Positions 60,101-64,000 of a stretch of 64,000 nt of DNA are shown one piece after another (within the stretch, counting starts at the first letter, position 1; each line of letters starts with the position of its first letter). Made by a program: the position numbers and the translations under genes. The stretch is from Eledone cirrhosa (Eukaryota). Under the pieces are notes generated by a model. That model saw only the letters and a list, made by a program, of their open reading frames with translations, was not told where the DNA came from and searched no databases. The DNA lies in contig OZ024753.1 of assembly GCA_964016885.1 (NCBI GenBank), positions 24,490,001-24,554,000 on the forward strand, in the 5' to 3' direction.

Positions 60101-63100
60101 AACAGACAGAGGACGAACACTGTATGCAACAGACAGAGGACTAATACTGTATGTAACAGACAGAGGACTAACACTGTATGTAACAGACAGAGGACTAACA
60201 CTGTATGTAACAGACAGAGGGCTAATACTGTATGTAACAGACAGAGGACTAACACTGTATGTAACAGACAGAGGACTAACACTGTATGTAACAGACAGCG
60301 GTCTAACACTGTATGTAACAGACAGAGGACTGGCACTGTATGTAACAGACAGAGGACTAACACTGTATGTAACAGACAGAGGACTAACACTGTATGTAAC
60401 AGGCAGAGGGTTAACACTGTATGTAACAGACAGAGGGTTAACTCTGTATGTAACAGACAGAGGACTAACACGACATGTAACAGACAGAGGACTAACACTG
60501 TATGTAACAGACAGAGGACTAACATTGTATGCAACCGACAGAGGACGAACACTGTATGTAACAGACAGAGGACTAACACTGTATGTAACAGACAGAGGGT
60601 TAACACTGTATGTAACAGACAGAGGACTAACACTGTATGTAACAGACAGAGGACTAACACTGTATGTAACATACAGAGCACTAACACTGTATGTAACAGA
60701 CAGAGGGTTAACACTGTATGTAACAGACAGAGGACTAACTGTGTATGTAACAGACAGAGGACTAACACTGTATGTAACAGACAGAGGACTAACACAGTAT
60801 GTAACAGACAGAGGGGTAACTCTGTATGTAACAGACAGAGGACTAACACGGCATGTAACAGACAGAGGACTAACACTGTATGTAACAGACAGAGGACTAA
60901 CACTGTATGTAACAGACAGAGGACTAACACTGTATGTAAGAAGCAGAGGACTAACATTGTATGTAACAGACAGAGGACTAACACGATATGTAACAGACAG
61001 AGGAATAACACTGTATGTAACAGACAGAGGACTAACTGTGTATGTAACAGACAGAGGACTAACACTGTATGTAACAGACAGAGGACTAACACAGTATGTA
61101 ACAGACAGAGGGTTAACTCTGTATGTAACAGACAGAGGACTAACACGGCATGTAACAGACAGAGGACTAACACTGTATGTAACAGACAGAGGACTAACAC
61201 TGTATGTAACAGACAGAGGACTAACACTGTATGTAAGAAGCAGAGGACTAACATTGTATGTAACAGACAGAGGACTAACACGATATGTAACAGACAGAGG
61301 AATAACACTGTATGTAACAGACAGAGGACTAACACTGTATGTAACAGACAGAGGGTTAACACTATATGTAACAGACAGAGGACTAAGCCTGTATGTAACA
61401 GACAGAGGACTAACACTGTATGTAACAGACAGAGGACTAACACTGTATGTAACAGAAAGAGGGTTAACACTGTATGAAACAGACAGAGGACTAACCCTGT
61501 ATGTAACAGACAGAGGACTAACACGATATGTAACAGACAGAGGACTAACACTGTATGTAACAGACAGAGGACTAATACTGTATGTAACAGACAGAGGGTT
61601 AACTCTGTATGTAACAGACAGAGGTCTAACTCTGTATGTAACAGACAGAGGACTAACACGATATGTAACAGACAGAGGACTAACACTGTATGTAACAGAC
61701 AGAGAACTAACACTATATGTAACAGACAGAGGACTAACCCTGTATCTAACAGACAGAGGACTAACACTGTATGTAACAGACAGAGGACTAACACTGTATG
61801 TAACAGACAGAGGGCTAACACTGTATGCAACAGACAGAGGACTAACACTGTATCCAACAGCCAGAGGACGAACACTGTATGCAACAGACAGAGGACTAAC
61901 ACTGTATGTAACAGACAGAGGACTAACACTGTATGTAACAGACAGACGACTAACACTGTATGTAACAGACAGCGGACGAACACTGTATGTAACAGACAGA
62001 GGACTAATACTGTATGTAACAGACAGAGGACTAACACTGTATGTAACAGACAGCGGACTAACACTGTATGTAACAGACAGAGGACTAACACTGTATGTAA
62101 CATACAGAGGACTAACACTGTACGTAACAGACAGAGGGATAACACTGTATGTAACAGACAGAGGACTAACACTCTATGTAACAGACAGAGGACTAACACT
62201 GTATGTAACAGACAGAGGGCTAACACTGTATGTAACAGACAGAGGACTAACACTGTATGTAACAGACAGAGGGCTAACACTGTATGTAACAGGCAGAGGA
62301 CTGACACTGTATGTCACAGACAGAGGAATAACAGTGTATGTAACAGACAGAGGACTAACACTGTATGTAACAGACAGAGGACTCATACTGCATGTAACAG
62401 ACAGAGGGTTAACACTGTATGTAACAGACAGAGGACTAACCCTGTATGTAACAGACAGAGGACTAACTGTGTATGTAACAGACAGAGGACTAACACTGTA
62501 TGTAACAGACAGAGGACTGACACTGTATGTAACAGACAGAGGACTAACACTGTATGTAACAGACAGAGGACTAACACTGTATGTAACAGACAGCGGACTA
62601 ACATTGTATGTAACAGACAGAGGACCAACACTGTATGTAACAGACAGAGGACTAACACTGTATGTAACAGACAGAGGACTAACACTGTATGTAACAGACA
62701 GAGGACGAACACTGTATGCAACAGACAGAGGACTAATACTGTATGTAACAGACAGAGGACTAACACTGTATGTAACAGACAGAGGACTAACACTGTAAGT
62801 AACAGACAGACGACTAACACTGTATGTAACAGACAGCGGACGAACACTGTATGTAACAGACAGAGGACTAATACTGTATGTAACAGACAGAGGACTAACA
62901 CTGTATGTAACAGACAGAGGACTAACACTGTATGTAACAGACAGCGGTCTAACACTGTATGTAACAGACAGAGGACTGGCACTGTATGTAACAGACAGAG
63001 GACTAACACTGTATGTAACAGACAGAGGACTAACACTGTATGTAACAGGCAGAGGGTTAACACTGTATGTAACAGACAGAGGGTTAACTCAGGTATGTAA

Positions 63101-64000
63101 CAGACAGAGGACTAACACGGCATGTAACAGACAGAGGACTAACACTGTATGTAACAGACAGAGGACTAACATTGTATGCAACCGACAGAGGACGAACACT
63201 GTATGTAACAGACAGAGGACTAACACTGTATGTAACAGACAGAGGGTTAACACTGTATGTAACAGACAGAGGACTAACACTGTATGTAACAGACAGAAGA
63301 CTAACACTGTATGTAACATACAGAGGACTAACACTGTATGTAACAGACAGAGGGTTAACACTGTATGTAACAGACAGAGGACTAACTGTGTATGTAACAG
63401 ACAGAGGACTAACACTGTATGTAACAGACAGAGGACTAACACAGTATGTAACAGACAGAGGGTTAACTCTGTATGTAACAGACAGAGGACTAACACGGCA
63501 TGTAACAGACAGAGGACTAACACTGTATGTAACAGACAGAGGACTAACACTGTATGTAACAGACAGTGGACTAACACTGTATGTAAGAAGCAGAGGACTA
63601 ACATTGTATGTAACAGACAGAGGACTAACACGATATGTAACAGACAGAGGAATAACACTGTATGTAACAGACAGAGGACTAACTGTGTATGTAACAGACA
63701 GAGGACTAACACTGTATGTAACAGACAGAGGACTAACACAGTATGTAACAGACAGAGGGTTAACTCTGTATGTAACAGACAGAGGACTAACACGGCATGT
63801 AACAGACAGAGGACTAACACTGTATGTAACAGACAGAGGACTAACACTGTATGTAACAGACAGAGGACTAACACTGTATGTAAGAAGCAGAGGACTAACA
63901 TTGTATGTAACAGACAGAGGACTAACACGATATGTAACAGACAGAGGAATAACACTGTATGTAACAGACAGAGGACTAACACTGTATGTAACAGACAGAG
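57130..64000. repeat. Copy of ~44.2-50.9 kb (offset ~12.96-13.0 kb), running off the window end
   Basis: ORF pairs offset by 12958 (44889/57847, 45204/58162, 45407/58365, 45888/58846) and 12985 (46806/59791, 47098/60083). Shared private variants: TATTTAAC, GTCAGAGG, CTTACAC, ACACAGAGG, GACATAGG, CTGGCAC, ATCCAAC. Confidence 0.92.

Larger units (their letters stand above)
1..64000. repeat. 27-bp tandem satellite/giant minisatellite array, consensus GACAGAGGACTAACACTGTATGTAACA, ~2,370 monomers, same orientation throughout, open at both window ends
   Basis: Seen directly: bases 1-27 are the consensus and it recurs with 27-bp period to base 64000. Most monomers differ by 0-3 substitutions and indels are rare. 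All ORF translations have a 9-aa period. Confidence 0.99.

Noticed and set aside
1-64000. CRISPR or other repeat-spacer guide array (27 bp is within CRISPR repeat length)
   Set aside because: Repeats abut directly with no unique spacers, the variation is 1-3-nt substitutions inherited in blocks, and there is no leader or associated gene in the window.
1-64000. Rolling-circle/concatemer or sequencing artefact, or telomerase-like templated synthesis
   Set aside because: Variants recur in conserved order in nested, slightly diverged blocks kilobases apart. Random read error or repeated copying of one short template would not produce that. The exact copy number of the near-identical blocks still needs read confirmation.

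Overview
The whole 64-kb window is one uninterrupted, head-to-tail, single-orientation tandem array of a 27-bp monomer, consensus GACAGAGGACTAACACTGTATGTAACA. That is about 2,370 copies (64000/27); the consensus is 11/27 GC and 17/27 purine on the + strand. Both ends of the window lie inside the array. I saw no unique sequence, spacer, transposon, RNA gene or credible protein-coding gene. Every ORF in the supplied track is a by-product of a 27-bp (9-codon) unit that is stop-free in 4 of 6 frames (YVTDRGLTL, CNRQRTNTV, VTYSVSPLS, LHTVLVLCL). This is most likely eukaryotic satellite or giant-minisatellite DNA (inference; the organism cannot be identified from the sequence). The information here is in the order of variant monomers. 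It shows nested higher-order repeats (108/216 bp, 297 bp, 513 bp, ~1.05 kb, ~1.8-2.3 kb, ~2.6 kb, ~3.5-3.8 kb, ~4.5 kb, ~5.45 kb, ~13 kb) and left-versus-right haplotype domains. It also shows a duplication breakpoint resolvable to 11 bp, and a small set of inherited indels, many at internal micro-repeats. I found no support for a novel enzymatic or guide-RNA system. Block boundaries were read by eye and are approximate to a few monomers unless stated otherwise.
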